Below are positions 29,393 through 39,810 of a stretch of 64,000 bases of DNA, one piece after another. The position numbers and the translations under genes are program-made. This DNA comes from a bacterium. GTDB taxonomy: Bacteria; NPL-UPA2; JAUVJM01. The stretch spans positions 1,615-65,614 of the forward strand of contig JAUWGW010000007.1 of NCBI GenBank assembly GCA_030606215.1, written 5' to 3'. Every line of letters starts with the position of its first letter. The first letter of the stretch is position 1. The notes beneath the pieces are model-generated. The model was not told the origin of the DNA. It searched no databases and saw nothing but the letters and a program-made list of their open reading frames with translations.

Positions 29393-30463
29393 TCATAACC
29401 ATGGGCTGAGGTAAGATTTTAGCCTTTCTTCCATCTTTTCTTTACTGAAGTATTTCAGTCTTTTTCCCTGTTTCCTGATAACTTTTTCCCTCAAGTTTTT
29501 TCCATTGAGCAGTAAATCTGCCATCTCTGCAATTTCTGCAAAATTTTTCTTTTTAACAAGAATTCCAGCATCTCCGAGAGTTTGAGGAACAGCAGCCCCT
29601 TTATATGCCATAATCGGTATTTCAAAATGCATTGCTTCAAGAAGTGGGAGACAAAAACCTTCATGCTCACTCATACAAATGAAAATATCAGCCAGACTAT
29701 AATAGGCTATTAAATCGTCAAAGTTAACATGCCCGAGTAGATATACAGTCTTCAAACCGAGCTGAAGTGTAAGAGACCTCAAATAATCAAAATACATTTC
29801 TGTGCCTGCGTATGAGCCGATGAGAAACAGTCTTGAATCAGGGTTGATAAACTTGTTGTAATAGTTGAAGACAAGAATTACATCCTCAAACTTCTTGTTC
29901 GGGACGAAACGACCTACGAATATAAAATGCTTGATATGAGACTGGTTATATACTGCTGTTGTATATGGATTTGGGCGCCTGGCGAAGAGTTGCCTGTCCA
30001 TGGTTAACGGAAGAACATCTGTATTCTCAAAACCCATGTCAACCAGCTCCTGGCGATTGTAGTCTGAATCTGCGAGGGAGAGCTCTGGAATATGGGCAAA
30101 AGAACGCAATTCCTTCCTTCCTTCTTCCAGTTCCTGTGCAATTCTATCATTTACCACCCTTAGATATCTTGCGGGGGTGATGTTGTGGTAGATAAGGATT
30201 TTTCTATCCGGAATAGAGCAAAAATACTCATTTACGGGTGAAGCTGTTGAGAAATGGAGTATTGTCAGATTCTCCTTTGAACTGCGCTCCTTGTGAAGGT
30301 GAAAATCGAAGCATTCTCTTCTCACTCGTGGATTTATATGTCTTGAGACTGAGTAGATTTCCGATGTAAAGCCCCAGGACCTGAGAATTTTCTGAATCAA
30401 TTTTGCCTGGATGCTGATTGCATCCCCGTAACTCATACCTGCAACAAGCTGATGTATTTCCAT
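29393..30463 (-). CDS. Glycosyltransferase family 4 (GT-B); start at MEIHQ.., the longer ORF overlaps the upstream GT
   Basis: EGFCLPLLEAM motif of the GT4/GT1 C-terminal domain. Confidence 0.8.
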   Translation of the reverse strand: MEIHQLVAGMSYGDAISIQAKLIQKILRSWGFTSEIYSVSRHINPRVRRECFDFHLHKERSSKENLTILHFSTASPVNEYFCSIPDRKILIYHNITPARYLRVVNDRIAQELEEGRKELRSFAHIPELSLADSDYNRQELVDMGFENTDVLPLTMDRQLFARRPNPYTTAVYNQSHIKHFIFVGRFVPNKKFEDVILVFNYYNKFINPDSRLFLIGSYAGTEMYFDYLRSLTLQLGLKTVYLLGHVNFDDLIAYYSLADIFICMSEHEGFCLPLLEAMHFEIPIMAYKGAAVPQTLGDAGILVKKKNFAEIAEMADLLLNGKNLREKVIRKQGKRLKYFSKEKMEERLKSYLSPWL

Positions 30464-30464
30464 T

Positions 30465-31631
30465 TTAAAACTTTTCCAGTGCGTTCTTGAACCTTTCAAT
30501 AACTTTTTCCCAGCTATAATTTTCCTTAACATATTTTTTCCCATTGATGCCCATTTTAAGTCTCGCATCAGGATTATTGAGAAAAAAGTTTATACATTCC
30601 TCAAACTCAAAATAGGTATCAAAATAAAGACCTCCATTACTTTTCTGGCAGTGGAATTGTGTAACGGCACAGCTTGCATTGACAAGAACAGGGACTCCGG
30701 CAAGCCATGATTCCATTATTGTAATTGAAAGGCTTTCATTAACTGAAGGTTGACACAGAAAAGTTGCAGAGGCATGTGCGGCGTATTTGTCCTCTATTGA
30801 AACATAACCCAGATCTATTATATCCTGAGAATCTCCTGAGATTGCCACATCTCCGCTCCCGATAAGGACAAGCTTAAGTTTATTTCTGTTATATCTTTTA
30901 TACATATTGAAGTAGTTGATAAGAAGCGGCGTATTTTTTCCTCCTTCTCTTCTCCCGGCATATAGACAGAAATCATCTTTAATATCATACCTCCTTCTGA
31001 ACCGTTCAGCCGAAGCGTCTTTCCTTTCGTCAAAACCAAGAGCAACGATTGCAATTTTTCTCTCGCTGAGATTATATAACTTTTTCCCCAGTTCTCTCTC
31101 AGGAGGGGTGCTGAACATAATACCTCTGAATCTTTGAAACATATCTTTGAAAATTTCAAGGTAAGCATATACTTCATCGTGAAGGGTTGGTATTAGGAGA
31201 GATTTTTCAGGGCACACTTTTGAACCATTGATTGTAGTCCCGAACATGTATGGTATGAAGATAAAATAGTCATAATCACCACAATTTCTTTCAATGTACG
31301 AATACATAGAACTGCTATTAACACTTTCCTTCGCCCAGGTCAACTGGTCTTCATATGAAACTTTCTCCTTGGCAATAATCCTGTTCTGTATCTTGAGGAA
31401 TGTGATTGTATTTCGCTCATCAACTTTAAATCTTCTTACCGTTATACTGTTAATCTCTTCCTTGCCCGGAGGATAGTAGTTTTCCCAGCCAAAATGGTCC
31501 CTTGCGCATGTTGTGAGAATCTCAACGGAAAAGTTTGCCTCTTTCAAACGCTCTGCAAGCCATTCAATATGAATTGCGGCTCCCCCTGCCGCATCAATTC
31601 CGTACCTCGGACATATGAAAGCAATTCTCAC
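30465..31631 (-). CDS. Glycosyltransferase family 4 (GT-B)
   Basis: ESLSITIMESWLAGVPV motif. Confidence 0.8.
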   Translation of the reverse strand: MRIAFICPRYGIDAAGGAAIHIEWLAERLKEANFSVEILTTCARDHFGWENYYPPGKEEINSITVRRFKVDERNTITFLKIQNRIIAKEKVSYEDQLTWAKESVNSSSMYSYIERNCGDYDYFIFIPYMFGTTINGSKVCPEKSLLIPTLHDEVYAYLEIFKDMFQRFRGIMFSTPPERELGKKLYNLSERKIAIVALGFDERKDASAERFRRRYDIKDDFCLYAGRREGGKNTPLLINYFNMYKRYNRNKLKLVLIGSGDVAISGDSQDIIDLGYVSIEDKYAAHASATFLCQPSVNESLSITIMESWLAGVPVLVNASCAVTQFHCQKSNGGLYFDTYFEFEECINFFLNNPDARLKMGINGKKYVKENYSWEKVIERFKNALEKF

Positions 31632-32104
31632 TGCCTTTCCTTTCGCTTCAAAATAGAAATTTCTTTCTCAAGCTCCACTATCCTGTCATATAATCCTTTG
31701 ACAAGTTGGACGATATGTCTGTTGAAATCAATCTGTTGGTTGAAAACACCCCTCGTATGAAACCTCAGAAACCGCCTGATAAATTCTTTCACTGCGAGCA
31801 CAATATGTCCGAGTATGGGACGGTTCAGGAACGGTGGGATACCGAATTTATAATGTTCTATATCTATGTTGCAGAGGACCTCGGCTGTCTTGATATAGTG
31901 TCTCGTGAAATCTGCGTGTTCAGGTGTATCACCAATTTTCAGTTTCTCTGCTTCGGCAAGTTTTTCGCTGGATAGAATTCCTTCTCTTTTCTTCTTTTCA
32001 ATATTCGCGCGAATTTCCTCCATTAACTCCTCAACATTTATGTCAGTATCCTTTATCTCAAAGGTCTCTTCCATCGTATTTATACCTCCAATTCCCATCT
32101 GCAT
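31628..32104 (-). CDS. Hypothetical coiled-coil protein downstream of wzt
   Basis: ORF with operon context only. No recognisable domain. Confidence 0.35.
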   Translation of the reverse strand: MQMGIGGINTMEETFEIKDTDINVEELMEEIRANIEKKKREGILSSEKLAEAEKLKIGDTPEHADFTRHYIKTAEVLCNIDIEHYKFGIPPFLNRPILGHIVLAVKEFIRRFLRFHTRGVFNQQIDFNRHIVQLVKGLYDRIVELEKEISILKRKERQ

Positions 32105-33261
32105 GGTAATTTAAGAAAACCATCTTCCTCGCGGAGATTTTCCACTTCTATCTGATGTGTGAAATCAAGGTGGTGATACTGTATTCTGTGGTCCTGTGAG
32201 TGGAGAGAAAAATTGAAGAAGAAAGCCCCTTTGAAAAGGGTAAGGCGCTCGATTGTAAGTTTTATTTTTCCCTCACCCTCAATGTGGTCTATAGGATAGT
32301 TTTCAAGTTTGGTGTTCGTCCCGAAGAAGTTTTTGCCATCCTGGCCATGGATAGAAATGCCAAAGACCGGGGAATCAACTCGCTTGGGTGCGAGGTAACT
32401 TATCTCCATAATCACAGGCTGCCCTGTGAAAAAGCGTTTTTCTTCTTTGCCGCCGCTTCTTAGAAAACGCACACCTGTAATAAAAGCTTCTTTTGTTCCC
32501 CATTCTCTTGGTCTTAAACGTTCATCTCTCTCCTGAACCATTTTCCTGTACAATCTCAGAACGTCTCTTGGTCTGCCTTCCTCCCTGACATGTCCCTGCT
32601 CAAGAAGAATTACGCGACTGCAGACTTCTTCAACAAGTTCAAGAGCGTGTGACACGAAGAGGATTGTTTTTCCTCTTTTCTGAAAATCTTCTATCCTTCT
32701 GAGACATTTCTTCTGAAAATGTTCGTCTCCGACAGCAAGCACTTCATCAATCAATAATATGTCGGGGTCAACTTCAACTGCAATTGCAAAGCCAAGCCTG
32801 ACATACATACCGGAAGAGAAATGTTTCACAGGCATGTTTATAAACTTTTCAAGCTCGGAAAATTCGACTATTGCCTTATACCTTTCATCCATCTCTTTTT
32901 TCGAAAAACCGAGTATTGACCCGTTGAGATAGATATTCTCCCGCCCGCTCAAATCTCCGTGAAAACCAGCTCCGAGTTCAAGGAGTGTTGCAACGGAACC
33001 CTGGACTTTTACCTCTCCTGAGGTCGGTTTCAATATCCCGGCGATAATTCCAAGCAGTGTGCTTTTGCCCGAACCATTCTCTCCTATAACGCCGACAGTT
33101 TCTCCCTTCTGAATTTCAAAACTGACATCCTCAAGAGCGTGAAAGGCTTTGAAAGGTTCCCTCCTTTTCAGCCAGTCCATTATTGCCCCTTTGAAAGTTG
33201 GTTCTTTCCCCCGCTGAATAAGATAGTTTTTTGAAACGCCTTTAATACTTATAACGATCAT
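32080..33261 (-). CDS. wzt: Polysaccharide (O-antigen/teichoic-type) ABC exporter ATP-binding protein with C-terminal substrate-binding extension
   Basis: Walker A (GENGSGKST), ABC signature (LSGGM-like FSSGM), Walker B (LLIDE). ~150 aa C-terminal extra domain. Confidence 0.8.
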   Translation of the reverse strand: MIVISIKGVSKNYLIQRGKEPTFKGAIMDWLKRREPFKAFHALEDVSFEIQKGETVGVIGENGSGKSTLLGIIAGILKPTSGEVKVQGSVATLLELGAGFHGDLSGRENIYLNGSILGFSKKEMDERYKAIVEFSELEKFINMPVKHFSSGMYVRLGFAIAVEVDPDILLIDEVLAVGDEHFQKKCLRRIEDFQKRGKTILFVSHALELVEEVCSRVILLEQGHVREEGRPRDVLRLYRKMVQERDERLRPREWGTKEAFITGVRFLRSGGKEEKRFFTGQPVIMEISYLAPKRVDSPVFGISIHGQDGKNFFGTNTKLENYPIDHIEGEGKIKLTIERLTLFKGAFFFNFSLHSQDHRIQYHHLDFTHQIEVENLREEDGFLKLPCRWELEV

Positions 33262-33279
33262 TATTCTGCGCTCCGCATT

Positions 33280-34089
33280 TCAAAGTTGATCCACAATTAT
33301 TCCTTCCACCTTAATCAAAAAGCGATATCCAGCTATAAGTACTGCTATTGAGATTACAAGTGGTATATATATAAGTTGAGGGGGAGGGAAGTTACCGTGA
33401 TAAAGAATGCTTTGATAACTTACAATTATACATGCCATCGGATTAAGGAAATACAGTAAACGCAGATGCTCCGGGACAACAAGTGTGTATGGATAGATGA
33501 CAGGCGTGAGGAAAAAGCCGGCGAACAGAATAACCTGCAGCATATGTTCCACATCACGGAATAGGACATTCAAGGAGCTGATAAAGAAGGATAACCCGCA
33601 TGCAAGCATAAGTTCGATAAGAATCAGAAGCGGGAGCATTAGGAGACAGATTCCGGAGGGATTTTCCCATCCGGAAGGGATTTTCCACATTATGAGCAGA
33701 GTGAAAACCACTACAAGTGAAAGGATAAAGTTCACGAGGTTAGTCAGCACGGCTGAGACTGGCAAAATAATTCTTGGGAAATAAACTTTCTTTACGAGAC
33801 TGACATTCCCTACGAAGGAAGTTGCCGAGTCGCTGATTGAGCCGGCAAAGAAGTTCCATGAAAAAAGACCAACTACCAAATATGCTGCGTAATTCTCTAT
33901 ACCTGCCTTCCGCCATCCTGTGAAAACACTTGAGAAGACAGCCCAGTAAACCAGGGTCATAAGAAGTGGATTGAGAAGCGACCAGAGAAAGCCCAGGGAA
34001 GAACTTTTGTATCTGACCTTGAGATGTCTTGTAACAAGATTTTTTACAAGTTCACGCCGCTTTAATAATTCATGCCACTGTCCAGGCAT
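33280..34089 (-). CDS. wzm: ABC-2 type polysaccharide exporter permease
   Basis: 6-TM ABC-2 permease immediately upstream of wzt. Confidence 0.7.
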   Translation of the reverse strand: MPGQWHELLKRRELVKNLVTRHLKVRYKSSSLGFLWSLLNPLLMTLVYWAVFSSVFTGWRKAGIENYAAYLVVGLFSWNFFAGSISDSATSFVGNVSLVKKVYFPRIILPVSAVLTNLVNFILSLVVVFTLLIMWKIPSGWENPSGICLLMLPLLILIELMLACGLSFFISSLNVLFRDVEHMLQVILFAGFFLTPVIYPYTLVVPEHLRLLYFLNPMACIIVSYQSILYHGNFPPPQLIYIPLVISIAVLIAGYRFLIKVEGIIVDQL

Positions 34090-35081
34090 ATTTCCACCTT
34101 TTCCATAACTTCAGATACTCCAATCTCTTTCATACATTTGATACTCTTGCATTTTTTTCGCCAGCAGCCGGAGCATGGCATTTTCTTCCATACCACAAAA
34201 TTTCTCTCCCCATAGGGACCGTTACGCGCGGGGTCCGTTGGGCCATATAATCCTATTACCCTTTTACCGAGAGCAGCTGCCAGATGTAAGGGGCCTGTAT
34301 CTGAACCGATAAAAAGTTCACATTTGTCAAGTAAAGCAATCAGTTGAGAAAGGTTCATACCGTTTGCAATGACTATATCTTCTCTGCGGAATTTCTCCGC
34401 AGGTTTCTCTTCACCAGGTCCTGCAGTAATCACAATCGTAGTATCAGCAAACTTCTTAACGATTTCCCGGGAAAGGTGTGCATAATTCTCAATCGGCCAT
34501 TTCTTCGTCTCCCACGTGACACCTGGATGCATTATTACTATTCTCTTATTATAAACATTTCTTGATTTCAGGAAATCATCTATATATCTTTTTGCAGACT
34601 CCTCAACCGGGACCTTAAATAATATATCCCCTGCATCTGCTTCCAGCTCCCTGGCAAAGCCCAGGTTTCGTTCAATGATGTGAGAGCCCTCTTCGGTAAC
34701 CTTCCGGTTTGTGAAAAATGTGCTTATTGCCTCAACCCTGAAACTTCCTCTTTTGAAACCCATCCGCCATCGGCAGCCGCTGAGAAATGTGACAATACCC
34801 CCCTTGAGATTTCCCTGTAAATCAATAATTATATCATACTTCTTACTTCTTATTTTTCCAATGAATTTTATGAAGGAAAGAAAGTTTTTGAAAACCCCTT
34901 CTCTTTCAAAGACAATTATTTCATCCACAGAAGGATGATTCTTAATTAAACCTGAAAATCTTTTCTCAATCGCCCAGCCAATATGAGTATCCGGATATTT
35001 TCTCCGCAATATATTCACAAGTGGCAGAGTATGGATAACATCTCCCAGAGAACTAAGCTTTAATATAAGAATGCTCTTCAC
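34062..35081 (-). CDS. Glycosyltransferase family 9 (LPS heptosyltransferase)
   Basis: N-terminus ILILKLSSLGDVIHTLP typical of the GT9 WaaC/WaaF family. Confidence 0.8.
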   Translation of the reverse strand: MKSILILKLSSLGDVIHTLPLVNILRRKYPDTHIGWAIEKRFSGLIKNHPSVDEIIVFEREGVFKNFLSFIKFIGKIRSKKYDIIIDLQGNLKGGIVTFLSGCRWRMGFKRGSFRVEAISTFFTNRKVTEEGSHIIERNLGFARELEADAGDILFKVPVEESAKRYIDDFLKSRNVYNKRIVIMHPGVTWETKKWPIENYAHLSREIVKKFADTTIVITAGPGEEKPAEKFRREDIVIANGMNLSQLIALLDKCELFIGSDTGPLHLAAALGKRVIGLYGPTDPARNGPYGERNFVVWKKMPCSGCWRKKCKSIKCMKEIGVSEVMEKVEICLDSGMNY

Positions 35082-36235
35082 TGAATATTTGCCTTCAAAT
35101 TCTTGTTTATAAGAAGTGCGAGCCCCATCATAATATATACCATCATCACTACTTCAGAATCCCCGAAGTTAAATTCAACAAGGCCATTTATGAGAAAACC
35201 GATAAATGCGGAGAAAATACCAAGCATGAGAGCTTTCTCATAAGAATTTTTATCTTTAATCCTGTGAAACGTGTGGAATGATAATTTGATAAAGACAATC
35301 ATCCACCAGAGAAATGCTATAAACCCGATAGGTCCCATCTCTGCAAGTATTTGCAGAGGTGTACTGTGGAGGTGATCACGCCTGTGTTCAATCCCAGAGT
35401 TATAGTGATACATAACACTGCCAACATTATCTATCCCAACTCCCATTGGATGGTCTCTCAATATTGATGGTGTAATCTCCCACATTGCAAGTCTCCCACC
35501 CCGCACCGGTGAAAACTCATCCTTCAGATTCATAAGCCTGTCTTTCGCTGGCTGGAAAAGCGCGAGAATTGCCACTGCGGCACAAATTACAGTTAAAATC
35601 ATTTTCCTGGACCTAATCCATCCCTGAATACCGAGTACAAACATGAGTGATATCCAGGAACCGCGTTTGAAATTGAGGATTTCAGCGGCAATCATAAGCA
35701 TGAGAGCAATTGACAGGAGCACTTTTATCTTCCTTTCTTCCCGGTAAAGCAGGATTGCCGTTGTAATTCCAATAATAATGAGAAGCTGGCCTGCCTCACT
35801 CATACTTCCAGCCAGCACAGGGTCAGAGCCCTGGGTGATTTTTGATAGGCGGTTAACTATCGTGAAAAGTGATAAAATTGAAGTCCCGCAAATAAGAGTT
35901 CTCACAAGCGTCCTGATTTTGTGAGATGCTACATTATTCAGAATGAGGTAGATAATGAGAATAAGACCATAAGTCCTGAAACCAATCAGACTGTTTTTAA
36001 CATCTACGCCCCAGAATGAACTAAGAAAAGCAACCACTACAAAAGCTAAAACCGGCAGATCCAACGGGGTTTTCTGCCAGTGAAATTCTTTACCTAAAAT
36101 CATCTTCACAATCCACCCAATTAAGCCAAGAACAAATACTCCCTCTGAAACAGCTATTGATAGAGGCAAAGTAAAAGCAAACAGGATGAGCGATATATAT
36201 ATATAATTGTCAAAGTGTCTTGTCAATCTTTTCAT
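35078..36235 (-). CDS. O-antigen ligase/polymerase-family (Wzy_C-like) membrane protein
   Basis: ~12 TM helices with a periplasmic loop; ligase-like by cluster context. Confidence 0.55.
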   Translation of the reverse strand: MKRLTRHFDNYIYISLILFAFTLPLSIAVSEGVFVLGLIGWIVKMILGKEFHWQKTPLDLPVLAFVVVAFLSSFWGVDVKNSLIGFRTYGLILIIYLILNNVASHKIRTLVRTLICGTSILSLFTIVNRLSKITQGSDPVLAGSMSEAGQLLIIIGITTAILLYREERKIKVLLSIALMLMIAAEILNFKRGSWISLMFVLGIQGWIRSRKMILTVICAAVAILALFQPAKDRLMNLKDEFSPVRGGRLAMWEITPSILRDHPMGVGIDNVGSVMYHYNSGIEHRRDHLHSTPLQILAEMGPIGFIAFLWWMIVFIKLSFHTFHRIKDKNSYEKALMLGIFSAFIGFLINGLVEFNFGDSEVVMMVYIMMGLALLINKNLKANIQ

Positions 36236-37004
36236 TACTTAATCCTGTCTTTTGTAGTTCCCACAGCTTGGAATATTTCAAGAAAACATAAAATGAAGAA
36301 GCGGCTGCAATTATCAATCCCGGGATACCATCTTTGAATCCACCCCTGATTGCATATCCTGTGATAAACCTTATAATAGGGCGAAGGAGAATCTGGAAGG
36401 GATGAAATACTTTTCCATGTTTTGCCATTTCCTCCGCTGAGATTGAAGAAAATTTATTCAGAGTTTGCAACTGGTCAAAAATGTTCTCATAGGTAAAATG
36501 CCACAGGTCTTGCTCCAAATATTTAACCCGCCCTCCGGATACCTCAACTTTCTCATGCGGTTCAACACCTCCTATACGCCCTTTCACCCTTCTGAACAGG
36601 CGAAGTTTGTAGTCAGGATACCATTCACCATGCTTGATCCATCTTCCGAGATAATAGACGAGCCTTGGGAAATAAAATCCGTCATACTCTCCGCTATCTT
36701 CAGAGAGTCCCTTTTTTATTTCCTCAATCAATCCGGGCGACAACCTTTCATCAGCATCAATCAATAAGACCCAGTCATATTTTGTACTGCTTAGCGCAAA
36801 ACTTTTCTGGTCAATCTGTCCTTTCCACTCTCGCTGCATTATCTTATCAGTGAATTCTCTGCATATGTTTACGGTCTTATCACTGCTGAATGAATCCACA
36901 ATAATGATTTCATCAACCCATGCAACTGATTTGAGACAGTCACGGATATTTTTCTCCTCATTATATGTAACAATACATACTGAAACGGAGAATTTACCTG
37001 CCAT
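36210..37004 (-). CDS. Glycosyltransferase family 2
   Basis: VSVCIVTYNEE.. and DxD (IDADE) motifs. Confidence 0.75.
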   Translation of the reverse strand: MAGKFSVSVCIVTYNEEKNIRDCLKSVAWVDEIIIVDSFSSDKTVNICREFTDKIMQREWKGQIDQKSFALSSTKYDWVLLIDADERLSPGLIEEIKKGLSEDSGEYDGFYFPRLVYYLGRWIKHGEWYPDYKLRLFRRVKGRIGGVEPHEKVEVSGGRVKYLEQDLWHFTYENIFDQLQTLNKFSSISAEEMAKHGKVFHPFQILLRPIIRFITGYAIRGGFKDGIPGLIIAAASSFYVFLKYSKLWELQKTGLSNEKIDKTL

Positions 37005-38040
37005 CTCTTAATTTTTCCTCCGCTGAGAGAAGAACCTCTTCCACCTGAATTTCTTTAAAACACCTGTAATCTCCGCGCGGGCATTTTCTGGAAAAACATG
37101 GACTGCAATCAACTCTCTTGTAGAAAACAGTATGCTCTTCACCTCGTGGACCTGTTCTTGCAGGGTCAGTGGAGCCAAATATTGCCACAACAGGGGTTTT
37201 AACTGCAGTAGCTATGTGCATAGTCCCGCTGTCATTTGTAATGAGAAGTTTGCACATACTGAGTAATGCTCCGAGCTGACGCAGGCTTGTCTTTCCCGCA
37301 AGATTGACACACTTCTCTTTCATATATCTACAAATCTCATCTGTGATTTTCTCTTCCTTAGATGTCCCAAAAAGTAAAATTTTTACAGATTGTTTTTTAA
37401 TCAGTTCATCTCCCACATCTGCAAAATTTCTCGGGAACCATCTTTTCGCAGGTCCGAATGTTGCCCCTGGATTAATTCCAATCAATCTGTCAACGCTTTT
37501 GATTTTGTTTTCTTCAAGAAGTCTCTTAGCTTCTTCCTTTTCTTGTTGAGTTACAACCCATACAAGTTCATGATTTACGGATTCCCTTTTTGAATCATGA
37601 AAGTCCTCAATAAGATGAAGGTAGTAGTTTACCTGATGTTCCCTGAGTAACTTCCTGGTAGGTTCCAGAGCGCAAGTCAACAGGAATCCTCTTGCATCTC
37701 TTCTATAGCCGAGAGTTTCTTCCGCTCCTGAAATGCGAAAAAAAAGGGCCGATGAAAAGGAATTTGGAAAAAGGATTGCCCTGTCATATTTGTCTTTTCT
37801 GAGCTTAAAAGCTTTTAACCAGTAGAATAAATTATTCTTCTCGGGTAATATGATTATTTCATCAACAGCAGGATTGTGGAGGAAACAATCACTCACGCTC
37901 CTTCTGGCGAGAAGTGAGATATGTGCTCCGGGATACTTTTCTCTCAACGCAGTCAGCGCAGGAGTTGAGAGAACAGCATCTCCAATCCAGTTAGGCGCTC
38001 TTACAATTATCTTATTTTCTATCTTTGAATTGCATCTCAT
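36994..38040 (-). CDS. Glycosyltransferase family 9 (LPS heptosyltransferase II-like)
   Basis: IIVRAPNWIGDAVLSTPAL N-terminus. C-terminal GT-B nucleotide-binding region. Confidence 0.8.
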   Translation of the reverse strand: MRCNSKIENKIIVRAPNWIGDAVLSTPALTALREKYPGAHISLLARRSVSDCFLHNPAVDEIIILPEKNNLFYWLKAFKLRKDKYDRAILFPNSFSSALFFRISGAEETLGYRRDARGFLLTCALEPTRKLLREHQVNYYLHLIEDFHDSKRESVNHELVWVVTQQEKEEAKRLLEENKIKSVDRLIGINPGATFGPAKRWFPRNFADVGDELIKKQSVKILLFGTSKEEKITDEICRYMKEKCVNLAGKTSLRQLGALLSMCKLLITNDSGTMHIATAVKTPVVAIFGSTDPARTGPRGEEHTVFYKRVDCSPCFSRKCPRGDYRCFKEIQVEEVLLSAEEKLRDGR

Positions 38041-39787
38041 ATAGCCGCTTGTACACTTCCCCTCGTTTAATCAACTCTTCATGAATGCCAGATTCCACAA
38101 TTCTGTCCTTGTCAAGGACTATGATTTTGTTTGCATGCTTTATGGTGGAAAGTCTGTGCGCAATTACAAATACTGTTCTATCCTTCATAAGATTATTTAT
38201 TGCTCCCTGTATCATCTCTTCAGATTCGGAATCCAGCGATGATGTTGCCTCATCAAGTATCAAAATCGCAGGGTCTTTAAGCACAGCTCGCGCAATAGTA
38301 ATTCTCTGTCGTTCGCCTCCAGAGAGGAGAACGCCACGGTCTCCGATGACTGTATCATATCCGTTTGACAGGTTCATTACAAAGCTATGGGCATTTGCCG
38401 CTTTAGCTGCTCGGATAATTTCTTCCTCTGAAATATTCGCATTCCCGTAGCAGATATTGTTTGCCACAGTGTCATTGAATAAAATGACCTCTTGAGTCAC
38501 TATGCCAATCTGAGCTCTCAGGGATTTGATTGTTACCTCTTTTATGTCCTTCCCGTCAATAGTTATTGAGCCCGAGAGACAATCGTAGAATCGTGGAATG
38601 AGATTCACGAGAGTTGTTTTCCCAACACCACTTGTCCCAACGATGGCTATAATCTCTCCTACTCTGGCTTTGAGGTTTATGTCAGTAAGCACATTTCTCC
38701 CTTTTGTATATGCAAAAGATACATTGTCGAAGCTTATTTCCCCTCCTAATCGTGGAACATCCAAAGCCCCTTCACATTCTACGACCTCAGGTTGAATATC
38801 AAGTATTTCAAAAATCCTCATTGATGCGGCTTTTGCCTGCTGCATCATATTGTTAACTCTGGTCAGATTCTTGCAAGGTGCATACAGGCAGAAAACTGCC
38901 CCGAGGAATGTGACGAAGTCACCAGATGTCATAGAACCAGCTCCTGGCATGACCCTGTAGCCGGCATAGAGCAGTATGGCTGCTATTCCAACTGCGGCTA
39001 AAAATTCCATCACCGGGGATGAAACTAAATAAATACGCGCAGACTTCATCGTTATCTGGAAGAATTTCTTAGTTTCCCCAAAGAATCTCTTCCTCTCATA
39101 CTCTTCCATCCCGAAAGCCTGAACAACCCTGATTCCTGAAAGAGTTTCCTGAAGTATAGAAGTGATATCGGCAATTCTCACCTGAGCTTCTCCGGTAAAT
39201 TTTCTTACCTTCTCACCAAGTTTCTTAATCAAAACTGCAACTGGTGGGAATATGACCAGAGACACAATCGCAAGACCGGTATTTAGATAGAAAATAAAAA
39301 TGAGAAATCCTAAGATTGTTACAGGTTCACGAATAAGACTTGCCAAGGATTCTGTTATGCTCTGCTGAATGACATTGATATCGTTGGTGAATCTTGATAT
39401 TAACTCCCCGGTTTTTCGTCGTGTGAAGAAACCGGGGCTCAAACCTGTAACATTGTGGTATAGGTCATTCCGCAGGTCATTTACCACTTTCTGTGCAACG
39501 AAGTGCATGAGATAAGTCTGCCCGTACCCTGCAAGCCCTTTCATGGAGACTATTGCCAAAACGAAAATTGCAAGGAATTTGACGCAAACAGTCCTTTCAG
39601 CTGTGAACTCTGCTTTCAGGAATGGGATTTCAACAGTGACTATTTTCTCTGGAGTGAATATCCTGTCGATAATAGGTTTCAGCGTCCATATTGAAATGAC
39701 TGAAAAGAGAGCGAAGAAAATCATACAGATGAAAGCAAAAGCTAATTGCCGTTTATAACGACTTATATAACTGAAAAGCCTTTTCAA
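38012..39787 (-). CDS. msbA: Lipid A export ABC transporter, fused permease/ATPase
   Basis: 6-TM domain plus NBD with Walker A (GTSGVGKTT), signature LSGGERQR, Walker B ILILDEATS. Confidence 0.85.
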   Translation of the reverse strand: MKRLFSYISRYKRQLAFAFICMIFFALFSVISIWTLKPIIDRIFTPEKIVTVEIPFLKAEFTAERTVCVKFLAIFVLAIVSMKGLAGYGQTYLMHFVAQKVVNDLRNDLYHNVTGLSPGFFTRRKTGELISRFTNDINVIQQSITESLASLIREPVTILGFLIFIFYLNTGLAIVSLVIFPPVAVLIKKLGEKVRKFTGEAQVRIADITSILQETLSGIRVVQAFGMEEYERKRFFGETKKFFQITMKSARIYLVSSPVMEFLAAVGIAAILLYAGYRVMPGAGSMTSGDFVTFLGAVFCLYAPCKNLTRVNNMMQQAKAASMRIFEILDIQPEVVECEGALDVPRLGGEISFDNVSFAYTKGRNVLTDINLKARVGEIIAIVGTSGVGKTTLVNLIPRFYDCLSGSITIDGKDIKEVTIKSLRAQIGIVTQEVILFNDTVANNICYGNANISEEEIIRAAKAANAHSFVMNLSNGYDTVIGDRGVLLSGGERQRITIARAVLKDPAILILDEATSSLDSESEEMIQGAINNLMKDRTVFVIAHRLSTIKHANKIIVLDKDRIVESGIHEELIKRGEVYKRLYEMQFKDRK

Positions 39788-39810
39788 CTTTATTTCCCCG
39801 TGTCTTTCCC